64,000 nt of DNA, from NCBI GenBank assembly GCA_963713605.1, contig CAVQMO010000005.1, positions 32,001 through 96,000 of the forward strand, given 5' to 3'. Numbering within the stretch: position 1 is the first letter of the stretch; each line of letters begins with the position of its first letter. A program made the translations under genes and the position numbers. This document shows positions 22,913 to 35,056 of the stretch, in pieces. The DNA comes from an uncultured Nitrososphaerales archaeon. GTDB lineage: Archaea; Thermoproteota; Nitrososphaeria; Nitrososphaerales; Nitrososphaeraceae. The notes under the pieces are model-generated. The model ran no database searches and was not told the DNA's origin. It saw only the letters and a program-made list of their open reading frames with translations.

Positions 22913-23518
22913 ATGCTTAACTTTATGAAGCCAATCTCACTTAGAGGTTTTACTATCGTTGGGATCATTTTGGCTTTAACATTTATTTTTTTCTTAAATC
23001 TTTTACAAAGAGATAATTCATTCCTCGCTTACGGACATTTTTTTGGAGAGAACATAACACGTGATGGATATCAAGTTGTATTTCAGCCATTTCCATTTGC
23101 TCCCATGGCCGGGGACAATACAACCTTAAACTTTAGTATTCTTGACGAAGAGAACTTGAACATACACAACATTTTTTCGGCATTAGTAATTACGGATAAG
23201 GAATCTAATGAGACTATAGCCCAAATTCCATACAAGCAATACATGTACAGCGACATAACAATACCTTACAAATTTACTAACAATTCTGAGTACTTGGTCA
23301 CTCTGGAAACAAGAATTATTGGTGATTCAAAATATCAAGCACAACCGTTGACTGCAACATTTGACCTAATCGTTGGGGACCAGACAGCGGTATATTTCAA
23401 AATGATAATGGTATATTTTGTCACTCCCGTTTGCGCAGCGATTATTATTGCTATCTTGATTTACGAGCTTCATTGGAAACGAAAAAAAGCCAGAAAGGGC
23501 AGACCAACTGCTACGTGA
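22913..23518 (+). CDS. Secreted Ig-like protein with C-terminal membrane anchor
   Basis: Signal peptide ending AYG-H, beta-rich body, C-terminal TM helix and basic tail. Confidence 0.7.
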   Translation: MLNFMKPISLRGFTIVGIILALTFIFFLNLLQRDNSFLAYGHFFGENITRDGYQVVFQPFPFAPMAGDNTTLNFSILDEENLNIHNIFSALVITDKESNETIAQIPYKQYMYSDITIPYKFTNNSEYLVTLETRIIGDSKYQAQPLTATFDLIVGDQTAVYFKMIMVYFVTPVCAAIIIAILIYELHWKRKKARKGRPTAT

Positions 23519-24137
23519 CCTTTTGAATTGTATGAATTTATGAATTTATTATCACAAATTTATCCTACCTAGCAACCTGCAACGCAATTGCATGATCCAG
23601 TGAATTCTTATGCTAATCCACTCGAAGTTATGACGATTTTGTATGTTCAAGTTGTCTTTAATGGATGGCAACAATTGAACCTCGATCGGTTCTCTTTTGG
23701 ACATGTTTCGTATTCATTATTATCGCGAATAATAAGGACAAATGAAAAACATAGCAGTGATTGGCCCGTTGGGTAACCCATAGTATGTATAGCCTTAGAC
23801 CAATACTACTAACTTAAGAATGATAATGTGGGGCTAACCACATTCATTCGTTACAGTTGTTTACAGGAAATTCTAAGATTGCCGCTTTATCCTTTAAGAA
23901 AATACATTTCCGATGCATATTCTAATTCTTGTCATACACACCATTGGTTTGGTGAATTGGTCCTAATTATCACTGGATTAATTGGAGAATCAATAGGGAT
24001 TGGGTTTTTTTGCCTGCTGGGTTCAGGTGGGAGTACGGAACAATGTTTAGAGTATGAGATTCTGTCTCCACGGAGTGGGGCTAGAATGAATCAAATAAAG
24101 CCTTACAATACTATAAATTCCATTTTATCCTACAATT

Positions 24138-27100
24138 ATGTATATTCATATGGTCGTTTATAGATTATTTTTCTGTTTTCTGCAGGGCCAAAGACCTTGG
24201 TCCCCATTTACAATCCTTCCTCTCTCTTTTCTAATATTATTGTCGTTGGTCACTTTACTAGTTTTTTTCCCAATGGCAGGCAATGTGTTAGGTCATGCTT
24301 TTGTTCTGGATAGCAGTCCCGCGCCTTCTGAGAGCTTGGAAAAACCCCCTGCGAAAGTCGAAATTGTTCTAAGCGAACCTGTAGACGATAGGTACAGCGA
24401 GGTCAGAGTCATAGGACCTGATGGGAACCAAATCGACAATAAGGATACGCAGCATTTTGAAGGGGACCAGAGCATACTTGGTGTAACCTTGCCTAAGAAA
24501 GGTCTCAAAGATGGAGTCTATACCGTGTCCACAAAGATGCTATCTCAAATAGATGGACATGTCACAGACGACGCGTTCGTATTCGGAGTCGGTAAATCAG
24601 CACCATTATCCTCAGCCGTAGGGCCAGGTCAGTCAGAGCAGGGTTCTACAAAAAAATCGGCTTTTGACCAGTTATCTGTGCCTGATGCTATAGCCAGATA
24701 CCCTGCACTTGTGGGCCAAGTAATAGTAGTAGGATCTGCATTTGCATCACTCTGGCTATGGAAGCCATTTGCTAACCTGAACTGGGCTGGAAGTTCATAT
24801 GATATGGGCGAGGGGTATGGCGATAGGAAGCAAAGAAGAACGCTCACTCAGACAACTTTTGACGATCTAAGACAATTCAGAAAACGCATAGACAAGCGAT
24901 TGGTAAAGATGATGCTGATTGGTGCTGCCGTCGTAATCATAGCAGACTTTGGGATGATTTACGCCCTGGCTTACTCACTTAACATAGGGATGGTAGATGC
25001 AATAACTACTAAATTTGGAAGTATCTGGCTTGTGAGAACTTGTATATCATTCCTACTCCTTGCTATGATATTATTTGTTTACCTAAAAGTAGGCAGAAGG
25101 GCAACACAATCAAGAAAAAGCAATTCTGTGGAGAGTACAGGTACGAATCCCTTGGCAACAGGTGGGCTCATCTTGAAACGAGAGCTCGCGGTCATTATGA
25201 TCATCGGCATTCTTACTCTCTTGACTACTTCTTTGATGGGTCACGGGGCTGCCATGACTACTGGAGCCCAGCTACCCATCACTATTGATTTTGTGCATAA
25301 TTTGGCGGCCGCCATCTGGATTGGGGGTGTGATTTACCTTGCTTTGGTGGTAGTTCCTAGATTAAGACGTGATAATAAATTGGATGAACAAGTCAAATGC
25401 ATTATTTTATGTATTACGATTCCCCGCTTCTCAACCTTACCTGTAGTAGTCTTGGGTATTATCGTTATAACTGGTCCATTCTTGCTTTACATCTTGGAAG
25501 ATGATCTGAATTTGACGCTTGCTTCTCTTTACGGAAAGGCACTGCTTGCTAAATTAATAATTGCGGCGGTCATGCTAACACTCGGCGGGTATAACCAGAG
25601 AGTAATTCATAGAGACGCCCTGCGTGCTGTAACTGCAACTCAGGGACAGAATAAGCAGCCGGTAATTATTTCCCGGTCGGCGGAATCAAAAAAATCTCAT
25701 TCAACTTCATTCTCTTCCTATTCCTCCTCCCCAGAATTGTGTTCAAGTGACAAAAAATATGTTACATCGCGGAATAAGCTCTTTCAGTTATTCCAGAAAA
25801 TCATTCAAGGTAAACGCGAGAGGAGTCAGAATGAGCGTGATTATGATGACAAGAAGCAACATAGCGATGATATCTACAATGATATTCACATTGAAAAAGG
25901 TGAAAACTTGAAAGAATCAGATCATCATGCAGACGATTGGACAATACGTTCGGCAAAGGGATGGCCGAAAACTATTTCTCGTTTCAACCGGAGTATCAAG
26001 ATCGAAGCTACTCTTGGAATTCTGTTGCTTGGCGCGGTCGCGGTCCTTACGAATACTGGTTTGCCGGCAAGCGAGTTTCAGGGCAGGCTTCTGCAGAGCG
26101 GTGAAGGCAGCCTACAGACAGATATTCAAAATCTTCTCACCACCACATCCGGCACCAATAACAATATCGGAGATCAAGGCATCGCTGGATATTCGGCCAC
26201 ACAATATCTTGACAATGCCACGGCGAAAATTAAGCTAACGATAGATCCTTTTGTAGTGGGAAACAACAATTTTAAAGTCGAATTTCTTGACCTGTTGGGC
26301 AATCCTATTGATATGCGTACAGTCAGGATTAAGATGACCCAAACTGAAGAAAATATTGGTCCTATCGAAATTCAAACAAACAAAATCTCAGAAGGGATAT
26401 TTACCGCTAACGCATCGTTTGGCCTTGAAGGCCCATGGGATTTACTTGTAGAAGGTGTCAGGAATGAGACTAATGCGCTAAACTTCGTCGCTCACCTTTA
26501 ATCTCTTTGTAAAGCCTGACCTGGATCAATTAGAGTACCGGGTGACCCAGATCGCGATGCCAGATAACAGAAGCCAGCCTCTCTATCCAATTTACGATTC
26601 TTCGCGTAACGCGATCTGGGTAGGTGACACTTCTCTAGGGTCTGGAAGAATATTCGAATATGATATTATTGATAATGAATACCGTGAACACAAAATCTAC
26701 GGTACTAATATAATCACAACGTTGTCTTTAGACCAATCAAATGACATGATATGGTTTGTAGATCCTATTTCGAAAGTCTTGGGGCTATATGATCCTCAGA
26801 CAAATAGTAGTCATCTATATAGCTTTCCCAATGATCGTATAGTTCCATCTTCGATTGCAGTACCGAGGTGCCGATTTTCCCATTAATGAAAATGCGAACT
26901 CTAGTACTGTTGTTGGAGATAGCTCACCCCTTAATGGAACTACCAATGGGAATCTTCCCGGGGGAGATACGGAAGCTCTAGACCGACTAGTCGATGGCCG
27001 ATCCACGGTATGGATTACATCTCCTTCTACAGGTGAAGTTTTGATATTTGATCCTCAATCTCAAAACTTTACAAATTCTCTACCTTTACCGACCCCCAAT

Positions 27101-27970
27101 TCGAATCCACTTGGAATCGCGGTAGATTCATCTACAGGACAAATCTGGATTACAGAGGGTATCGGAAAAATCGCCAATATCGATCCCGCAACCAACTTCA
27201 CTATCAATGAATATGCCCCAGGGCCTCAAAGTGGTGGCGACGGAGGTGCTAGTGTAAGTGGTGGGATTGAAAATGACACTTTGAACAGCCCTACTGCCTT
27301 GTTAATAGATCCATACACGGGTAGTATTTACGTTTCCGAACATGATGGACATGTAGTTTCTGTATTCAATCCTGTATTCAAGACGTTCAGAGACTTTCCA
27401 CCTCTCGCTGAAGATGCGTTGCCATTCGGTATGACGCTAGATAAAGATCGGAACCTGTGGGTGGCAGAGCACGTAACAAATAGAATGGCTGTAATCGATC
27501 CTTCAAATGGTAAGAATAAGGAAGTGACTATACCCTCCTCATCACCATTTGTACAGTATTTGACAACAGACAATGATGGAAGAGTGTGGTTTGCGGCACA
27601 GCGGGGAAATGCTATCGGATTCATTACGTCGAGTGTAAATCCGATGCTGACTACTGCGCCACAAGGATTATCTTCAACCTCCTTGTCATCGTCTCCATCT
27701 GGTCTTCCATCTCAAGAGGGGACTATGAATGAAGCAACTTACGCCCAGTCTAATGGAATGCAGTCTATATTTACACCCTTATTCAATATTGGATACGAGA
27801 ATTTGCTAGGTCCACTTATTGCAATGGGAGTTGTTGCAAGCGCTGCCTTTTATGTGAATAGTATTGTCAGTCTAAAGACCAGTATCAGAAAAGTCAATGG
27901 ACTGGTCACTTCCAGCAGTATCCATTCTAGTTCAAAGCACGACCTCTCTCAGAGCAAGAATAACATGTAG
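24138..27970 (+). CDS. CopC-CopD-YtkA-like-Vgb beta-propeller fusion, split by two frameshifts (about 26495 and 26865)
   Basis: GHAFVLDSSP and LSQIDGHVT (CopC), LMGHGAA and HNLAAAIWIGG (CopD), DPFVVGNNNF (YtkA-like), then propeller repeats PLGIAVD, PFGMTLDKDRNLWVAEH and GRVWFA, and a C-terminal TM helix. Confidence 0.85.
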
Positions 27971-28029
27971 CAACTTATGCTACATGTAAAGTTAGAATAC
28001 CTCGATGCACCCGGCACTATAATGTGTCG

Positions 28030-29045
28030 GGTCGAGCCTTTGTTGAACCTCAGACAATTCCACCGTCAAACTAGCAATTTTTCCGTCCAGGCCCAGCTTT
28101 ATGTCTAGTTTGTCAATGCATCATCAACGAATCTTCTGAAGACGATCTCGGGATTCAGTGAGTTGGTTGCGGTTGCTATTCCGAGAACCATATTTCGCAG
28201 GTCATTTAGTCCCTTAGGACCAATTCCTATTTCTCATATCACTTTAGTGCCTACTCCAGATAATTTATGCTCAATTACCTGGAGTTTCTGCTCATCTCGC
28301 TCTTTATGGCAGACCTTAGTTCAGTAACCCTCTCTTCCAGGACACTTTTTTCCTGTCGAGAATTCTTGATCTTCACTAGTTCCTTGGCGATTTAATTGGG
28401 GGAGGTAAGTCCGAACCTATCTATACTATCTAATATGTTGGCAATCCTCGGAGTGTCTCAAAGAGATACATCATTTTTCCGGAGTCTCTGCTCAGTTTCC
28501 ATATATCTCAAGATCAAATCGAATTAGACCCGATTGATCAAAGAGCTCAGAACACTCTTGTTATAACTTTTTCTTGCCTAGTTCTAATTTCACTAGATCG
28601 CCTTCTAAGGACCTCTCTTTTCGACTTGTTCTGAAATGAATTCCGGGAGCTTCGTCAGGGGCACTGATTCTTGTAGTTCTAATATCTGAATACAAACAGA
28701 AAATATCTTTTTTGGATCCTCATTATAAAAGTTGCACTTATCATATAAGCCAACCCTAAGCGGCATTACCTGATCTCGGGGGATGCGGGTGTTCATGAGC
28801 AATTTCTGAACCCGGTAGCCTTCGGTGCACTGAAGTGGAGTGACATTCTGAGTTTTTGCTAGTATTCAAAAATCTCTTATTGATTCGGATGTAGGTGCAC
28901 CGATTCACCGATTTGATTTTTCCGCTCTGAAACCACATACGATACAGTTCCTGTAACCAGGTTGAGACTGTCGGCGATTCGGTCTCGCCGAATCCCAACG
29001 ATCACAACCAAAGGCGTATTATTTCTGACTTTATTTCGTTTGTAA
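28030..29045 (-). pseudogene. Decayed copy of a Nitrososphaeraceae HTH + coiled-coil multicopy family gene
   Basis: Fragments in changing frames: ITNEIKSEIIRLWL, GIRRDRIADSLNLVTGTVSYVVSE, NVTPLQCTEGYRVQKLL and VPLTKLPEFISEQ. Many stops. Confidence 0.55.
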
Positions 29046-29323
29046 TAGGATTACTTATTCTTATATAAGAATCCACTCATATATTGATGTAACACATTCC
29101 TCTATTTAAATCTTAGTTAACTTCGTCATTGTGACTGGTCAATTTCATAATCAATTTCGTCGTCAGATTAGTTGACATTATTTTTGGCACATCTGCTGGC
29201 TATTATGCAATAGGCAAATGAAAATTTTAATCAGGGAGGAAGAAGATTCGGTGGAGATTTACTTTGGGCAAGCCATGTCGATTTTGATTGAATTTTTTAC
29301 AGATTACAAAATTCTAATATAGA

Positions 29324-30001
29324 ATGCCAGTGAGATTTTCTACAACATTCTTATATACCCTCTATTTTATTCTACAGGATATGTCTAGAACAAGTTTGTT
29401 ACTATCAACACTTCTGACAGCAATCATCCTGACGGGAGCAGCTGTAAGTGTTGTTGGCATCCCTATTGCATACGCACAGAATCAAACCGCTGGAACTCAA
29501 GAACAACAACCAGCAGCACAGCAGGAACAACAAGCTCAAGAATTTAGCGCTAATTTAACAGGTGACGCAGAAGTTCCACCAGTCACGACAAATGCCACTG
29601 GAAGTGCTGAATTCGACCTAAATGATGACGGGGACGAGATGTCGTATGATTTAGAAGCTGAAGATATAGAAGGAGTCCTCTTCGCACACATTCACCAAGG
29701 AAGTGACAGCGAAAATGGACCTATTGTTGTAACACTCTTCAACGCAAGCGAGCCAACCGATGAGGTTGATGGAACCCTAGAAAGTGGAGACTTTGCCGCA
29801 GAGGACTTTGAAGGACCTTTGCAAGGACAAAATATGACCGATCTAGTAGACGCAATTGAGAGCGGACAGGCATATGTAAATGTGCACACTGAAGCCAATC
29901 CACCAGGTGAGATTAGAGGTACTATCGAAGTTGCCCCCGCAGCTGCAAGTGACGATGGCGGCGAAGACGATGATGAGGGGAACGGCGATGATGACAATTA
30001 A
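29324..30001 (+). CDS. Secreted CHRD-domain protein
   Basis: FSANLTGDAEVPPV, AHIHQG..NGPIV, YVNVHTEANPPGEIRG. Confidence 0.92.
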   Translation: MPVRFSTTFLYTLYFILQDMSRTSLLLSTLLTAIILTGAAVSVVGIPIAYAQNQTAGTQEQQPAAQQEQQAQEFSANLTGDAEVPPVTTNATGSAEFDLNDDGDEMSYDLEAEDIEGVLFAHIHQGSDSENGPIVVTLFNASEPTDEVDGTLESGDFAAEDFEGPLQGQNMTDLVDAIESGQAYVNVHTEANPPGEIRGTIEVAPAAASDDGGEDDDEGNGDDDN

Positions 30002-30023
30002 GAAGCTCTAGTCAGCTGAAACC

Positions 30024-30050
30024 TCCTTTCTTTTCTTTGCTTTTATTCTC
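30024..30050 (+). terminator. Pyrimidine-rich archaeal terminator
   Basis: T/C tract just after the CHRD stop codon. Confidence 0.45.
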
Positions 30051-30331
30051 CTAATTCATTACTTCTGAGCAGATAATCTGTTCTAAAACTTGAATTTCGC
30101 TAGTCAATCGGTATGTGATTACGACGATAATTCCTACCATTTGAAGGGACAAAACGGAGCGGCAATTCCTACTGTATCAATCGCGTCCCTCGTGTCACAC
30201 CATGGAACGAGATGGAAACTACCAAAGCAGAACATTTAGGTGACTCGATGTAGTTATACTCTGCTGAGTTAACCTTACAATCTGATATTTAGGCAGGTTT
30301 TATAAGATTGATTTGAGCAGAGTATTTTGTA

Positions 30332-31417
30332 ATGCAATCCAGTGACAGCCTGTTGGGCAAGCAGGCCGAGTTATTCGAGAATCTTCCAAATGGAAGGGTC
30401 AAATGTACGGCTTGCGCCAGATATTGCGAAATACCTGAAGGAAAGTCAGGGTTATGCGGCATTAGAGGCGTTGCCAATAACAAGTTATTTTTGTATGTTT
30501 ATGGAAAAGTCATCTCAGGACATATTGACCCTATAGAAAAGAAGCCGGTCACTCATTACAGGCCCGGTAGCGCTATATACTCAATTGCCACCACAGGGTG
30601 CAATTGGCTATGTAAGTATTGCCAGAACTATGATATTTCACAACGGCGTAAGATTGAAGGAGTTGACATGAGTCCATCACAGGTTGCTCAAACAGCACTG
30701 GAATACCGTGCCGATGGCATTGCATATACATATAATGAACCCTCCATATTCATCGAGTTTGCCAGAGATTGCGGAATCGAAGCACGAAAAAGAGGACTCT
30801 TTAATATCTTCGTTTCAAATGGGTTCGATACACCAGATTCAGTCAAACTAATGGACCAATTTCTCGATTGCATAACAGTCGACTTTAAGGGGAGTGGGAA
30901 GCAGGAATTTGTAAGACAGTACATTGGCATACCATCTGCGGAGCCTGTCTTTCAGACATTAAAGGACATACATGGAATGACCTCGATCCATACCGAGATA
31001 ACCGATCTTATTGTCCCCCAGGTGGGTGATGACTTGGTAGCTGCTAGGAAACTTTGTAGGTTTGTCTATGATGAATTAGGGCCCGAAACCCCCATACACT
31101 TCCTGCGATTCCATCCCGACTACAAGATGATGGATTTCGGCTATACTCCCATTGAGACATTGGAAAAGCACCATTCTATAGCCAAGGAAGAAGGGCTAAG
31201 ATATGTTTATCTGGGCAATGTTCCTGGGCATCCCTTAGAGCACACGTATTGTCCTGAATGCAATCACGTTGCAATAAAACGCTACGGATACGATATTTTG
31301 TCATGGAACCTCGACAAGACTAATTCATGCACAAATTGCGGATATCGAATATCAGTGACTGGGACGCTAAAGAAGAGCAGCAAAAGAGGAAGCAGTGTTT
31401 TTCGAATAATTCAATGA
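30332..31417 (+). CDS. amrS: AmmeMemoRadiSam-system radical SAM enzyme (PFL-activating-enzyme-like)
   Basis: CTACARYC N-terminus, DPIEKKP, CNWLCKYCQN, AYTYNEP, FHPDYKM, YVYLGNV, CPEC..CTNCG. Confidence 0.88.
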   Translation: MQSSDSLLGKQAELFENLPNGRVKCTACARYCEIPEGKSGLCGIRGVANNKLFLYVYGKVISGHIDPIEKKPVTHYRPGSAIYSIATTGCNWLCKYCQNYDISQRRKIEGVDMSPSQVAQTALEYRADGIAYTYNEPSIFIEFARDCGIEARKRGLFNIFVSNGFDTPDSVKLMDQFLDCITVDFKGSGKQEFVRQYIGIPSAEPVFQTLKDIHGMTSIHTEITDLIVPQVGDDLVAARKLCRFVYDELGPETPIHFLRFHPDYKMMDFGYTPIETLEKHHSIAKEEGLRYVYLGNVPGHPLEHTYCPECNHVAIKRYGYDILSWNLDKTNSCTNCGYRISVTGTLKKSSKRGSSVFRIIQ

Positions 31418-31475
31418 TGGGACGTGATACTCATCCAAAACTTGCAATGACTTTCATGCTCTCTAGCCTTTGCAG

Positions 31476-31516
31476 CTACTACTACCAATACTACTACTGT
31501 TACTACTACTACTACT
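31476..31516. repeat. Imperfect (CTA)n microsatellite between convergent genes
   Basis: ctactactaccaatactactactgttactactactactact. Confidence 0.85.
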
Positions 31517-31624
31517 TTTCCGACTTCTGAATACCGTTGGACAGTCGGTGTACATCCATTATGAAATATGACACGTTCAACCTGAGAAGGTCTCATAAAC
31601 GGGTATGAGAGGGTTTAACCTGCA

Positions 31625-32095
31625 CTATGAAATGTAGGATTGGTTATTCTTGTCGAATTCTTTTATTAATTCAAACTTATGATCAAAGCTATTCTGAAGT
31701 GCTCCAAGCTCAGGGAATACCGACCACGGTTCATATCTTGCGATTATCGTTGCAGGATGGTTCTGTCCCAAGAAAGAGCTACATATTTCGTAGGTCATAT
31801 TTCGGACACGAAACTCATCTGTAATGCCGAAGCTATGCAGATATTCATGGGTGAGAACCGTAAATAGATACGAATTATACTGTTCAGGAGTTTTGATTCC
31901 CTTGATGAGACTTAATATCCGCTTATTTACAATTATCATATTGGAGCCTAATACGTGGTAAGCTCCTAGATTGCCAGGTAGCCCTTGTAATACCAGACAG
32001 AGTCCTGCTCTATGCATCTTGAATTTTTGCTCAACTGTTTGTTTTACTAGTTCAAATGCATCGTCGAAGCCGCGTAAGTTCTGCAATTTATCCAC
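31625..32095 (-). CDS. Conserved archaeal HExxH zincin-like protein; the frame is open upstream to about 32285
   Basis: RAGLCL..LGAYHVLGSNMIIVN..THEYLHSFG. Confidence 0.7.
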   Translation of the reverse strand: MDKLQNLRGFDDAFELVKQTVEQKFKMHRAGLCLVLQGLPGNLGAYHVLGSNMIIVNKRILSLIKGIKTPEQYNSYLFTVLTHEYLHSFGITDEFRVRNMTYEICSSFLGQNHPATIIARYEPWSVFPELGALQNSFDHKFELIKEFDKNNQSYIS

Positions 32096-32482
32096 ATAGT
32101 ATTCTTGACGTCTTTCAAAGTCTTCTTTTGTATTGTCGATATGGGTATCGACTGAATTTGAATTGTGCGATGAAGATGATGGTGGTACGCTAAATGATCG
32201 CGAAGATGGTGGGGCCTCACTTTCCCTAGACGGTCCTTCGAATTCTTCGTTATTTACTATCCCTTTATCTCCTCGAGATAGTATTCACATTTTGCCCTAA
32301 TATAATTTTGGAGTGACCGGCAAATAGATTTATAACGAAAAGCAAGTATTCAAACTTTGGAATTTGCCGTTACGTGGCTTCTTTAAGTTTGACACATTAG
32401 GGTGATTAATTTAAACTAAAAAAAAAGATCGTAACCAGTTCCAGTTCTTTAAGCACGAATAAAAAAGCAGATAAAGCTTCTA

Positions 32483-32746
32483 TTACTTGTTGCCAAAGCC
32501 TAGCATCTGGCCTAGCTGCTCTAATGGATTGCCTGTCTGATTGCCTGTCTGATTGCCTGTCTGATTGCCTGTCTGATTGCCGCTTGCATTGTCAACTGCC
32601 TGACCAACTTCCTGAGTCATATTCTGAGCCATCGCTGGTTGTACAAGTTGATATCCTACTGAGACAGTCAAGACGATCATCAATGCTGTTGCTATGGAGA
32701 CTGTTATTTTGTTGTAGCTCTTTTCATTTGACATTGCTCCTATCAA
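32483..32746 (-). CDS. Small secreted protein with GNQT repeats
   Basis: Signal peptide ending PAMA-Q, followed by a poly-T terminator. Confidence 0.75.
   Translation of the reverse strand: MIGAMSNEKSYNKITVSIATALMIVLTVSVGYQLVQPAMAQNMTQEVGQAVDNASGNQTGNQTGNQTGNQTGNPLEQLGQMLGFGNK
32527..32581. repeat. 12-bp tandem repeat (gattgcctgtct) x4.6
   Basis: Read directly. It encodes GNQT repeats. Confidence 0.95.
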
Positions 32747-33032
32747 TATTTGAGGTATATTTTAAGCTTTTTACAGAATTATGTGAAGAGAGAAGTTACC
32801 AGCTAAAGAAGATAGAGCTGAGGTAGAAGTTCCTTTGTGCTGTTGCAAGATAATACTTATGAGTACCGACAATTTGAGCGTTACCCCAAATTAAGTGTAA
32901 GCCTTAATCTAACTAAAATAGGCGCCAAACAAGAAAAAACCAAGTAATCTCCGCGACAGGATTAGAAATAAAAGGTGGGTGAGCGTTCCTCCTGTGACTG
33001 ATTTGTCTCCTCTTACTAGAGTTATTTTATTG

Positions 33033-33734
33033 TTAGTCGGTATTGTCTCCATCCTCTGCCGCCGTGGCGTTAAAGGAGTTCAGGCTTTGAAGGTCATTAA
33101 CTAGGTTTGCCAAAGCCGGAAATGCATTGAGAGAGTACGTCACGATGAATGGCTCGTCGTCGCCGACCACTTCAACGGCATTACCTGTAAACGGAACTGT
33201 TGCAGAATTTCCTGAACCAACTTGTGCCAATGCATATGTCTTATTCCCGATATTCACAATGTCGCCAAGGTCGCCGAATTCTTCAGGGATTGCAGAAGTG
33301 TTTTCAAGTTCAACGTTATTCCATACGATTAAATCTACCGGTCTGCTAGCCTGAAACGTCAGAATACCTGACAATACAGCATTGTCATCTCTAGGAGGTA
33401 CAATTACTGCGGACTGTGTATCTTCCCTTTGAGGCACGTCGCTTTGTGAAGACGAAATCTGTCCTTGTCGCAACATAGCCGCTGCTGCTGCCGCTCCTCC
33501 ACCACCTGGTCCTGATTCATCTTGAGTGGCTGCCCCTGGGCTTGTTGAGGTAGCTGCTGCCGAAGACCCGGTCTGAGTTTCATTCCCCGAACGAACGGCC
33601 GACTCGAAAAATGTCTCTTGAGCGGGCTGTGCTAATGCTGGTAGGGTCACAGACTGGATCACCAATACCATCAAAGTGCCAAGTAAAGCTAACGGAACTG
33701 TCGACAAAAGTACCTTGATTTTGCTCTCTAACAT
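33033..33734 (-). CDS. Secreted acidic hypothetical protein
   Basis: Signal peptide ending PALA-Q, low-complexity linker, beta-rich domain. Confidence 0.7.
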   Translation of the reverse strand: MLESKIKVLLSTVPLALLGTLMVLVIQSVTLPALAQPAQETFFESAVRSGNETQTGSSAAATSTSPGAATQDESGPGGGGAAAAAAMLRQGQISSSQSDVPQREDTQSAVIVPPRDDNAVLSGILTFQASRPVDLIVWNNVELENTSAIPEEFGDLGDIVNIGNKTYALAQVGSGNSATVPFTGNAVEVVGDDEPFIVTYSLNAFPALANLVNDLQSLNSFNATAAEDGDNTD

Positions 33735-34047
33735 GTTCTTCGAATAAAACCAGCTGAATTTAGGTCTTTCTTACGGTCTAGTAGGGTAAAATATTCCGTA
33801 CATCACTTTTGAAGGGTTCATATCATTTCAGAAAACACCTCAACGAACTGCTGTTTATCCTAAATTCAAAATCTTGGGTTGTCGGCAAAATATTGATAAT
33901 ATATTGATAACATAGTACATCAATGAAAGCGTCGGTGGAAGTATCAGCGGGAATACAGGGGCTGTTCCAGTTGGGCTAAGTAGAACATGAAACCTTGAAG
34001 TTTTGTGATATGTTGGTGTGGAATCATTTGGACCAGATTTTTCAAGG

Positions 34048-34621
34048 TTATTTCGAGTGCAAGACTGAAGGAGATAAAAGAGCAATCAGACAGCGGTGAC
34101 AGAATTCCTTACCCTTCCTATCTGTATCAGAAATGGTCTGGCTCTTGTACATTGTACAAGTGTCGAGGTAACAGTGCCGCAACCCAAAAGTGTGGCCGAG
34201 TTCATGTATAGCTTCTTTGACTAGGCGATTCTTGGAAGAGAGTTTGTAATCTGTTGTCACTACCATCACCAGACCAAGGTAACAGCCTTTGAAGATAGAT
34301 TACTGCTACCCTTCCTCCGATGATGGCCTCTCCGAAGCAGTAATTATAATTCCCGAAGTATGCATCGAAATCACATACGGCCAACACTTTCGAGGCATTT
34401 GGTGCCTGCAGAATTCGCAGTAACCATGAAAGTAAATAGTCCGAATTGTATTGATTTCTCTTGCTGTCGAATAATTGACTAGGAATCTCGGTTATAGGCT
34501 TATTGATGATAACCATCTCCTTTTCAAATCCAAACACGGGTAGAAGTGCAGATATGATATATGGAATACTACCTAGGATTTTTTTTCCTCTCAACTCAAT
34601 AGGTTGGATAATTAATTTCAT
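34048..34621 (-). CDS. amzA: Archaemetzincin (peptidase M54), frameshift near 34265
   Basis: RNQYNSD, DAY..NYCFGEA, KEAIHELGHTFGLRHC..CTM..FCHRC. Confidence 0.9.
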
Positions 34622-35056
34622 CGGCCATCAACCCAGAAAATATCCTGAGGATTATGTCGACAGGTCAACAAGAGGAAGTAATTGCTTAGATAAATAAAGT
34701 TCACGCTCGTGTTCATTGGCAAACTGGCCTTTCATATCCGCACATGCCAGATGCAGTCCTTAGCCTTCGCTCGACTGTCTCTCAAGTAAGTATGGTTGAA
34801 CTACGCATAATTAGTGGGAGTTAGAAAATGGTCTGGTGCAGGAAAAAGTCGACCTCAAGGTTGAAATGTTATATCTACTCTATCTAATTCCGAGATACTA
34901 GATTTACAGTAAGGGATGCTATTGCAATCGGACCTATCTCAGTACCCAAATAGGGACAGTTTATCTAAATATTGCTCTAAATAGTTTTTAATCTGGAGTT
35001 GATATTTATATCCTCGTTGTGCAATTTAATATCATGTATGGTAAATAGTCGTGCCG

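Noticed and set aside
31327..31596. Poly-Tyr and poly-Val ORFs
   Set aside because: These are translations of the (CTA)n microsatellite.
32527..32581. CRISPR array (also considered for 35057 and 54051)
   Set aside because: The units are contiguous 5-12 bp repeats with no spacers, and there are no cas genes.
32524..32826. ORF with DCLS repeats as a RiPP or metallothionein
   Set aside because: It is the antisense reading of the GNQT repeat in a gene that has a clear signal peptide.
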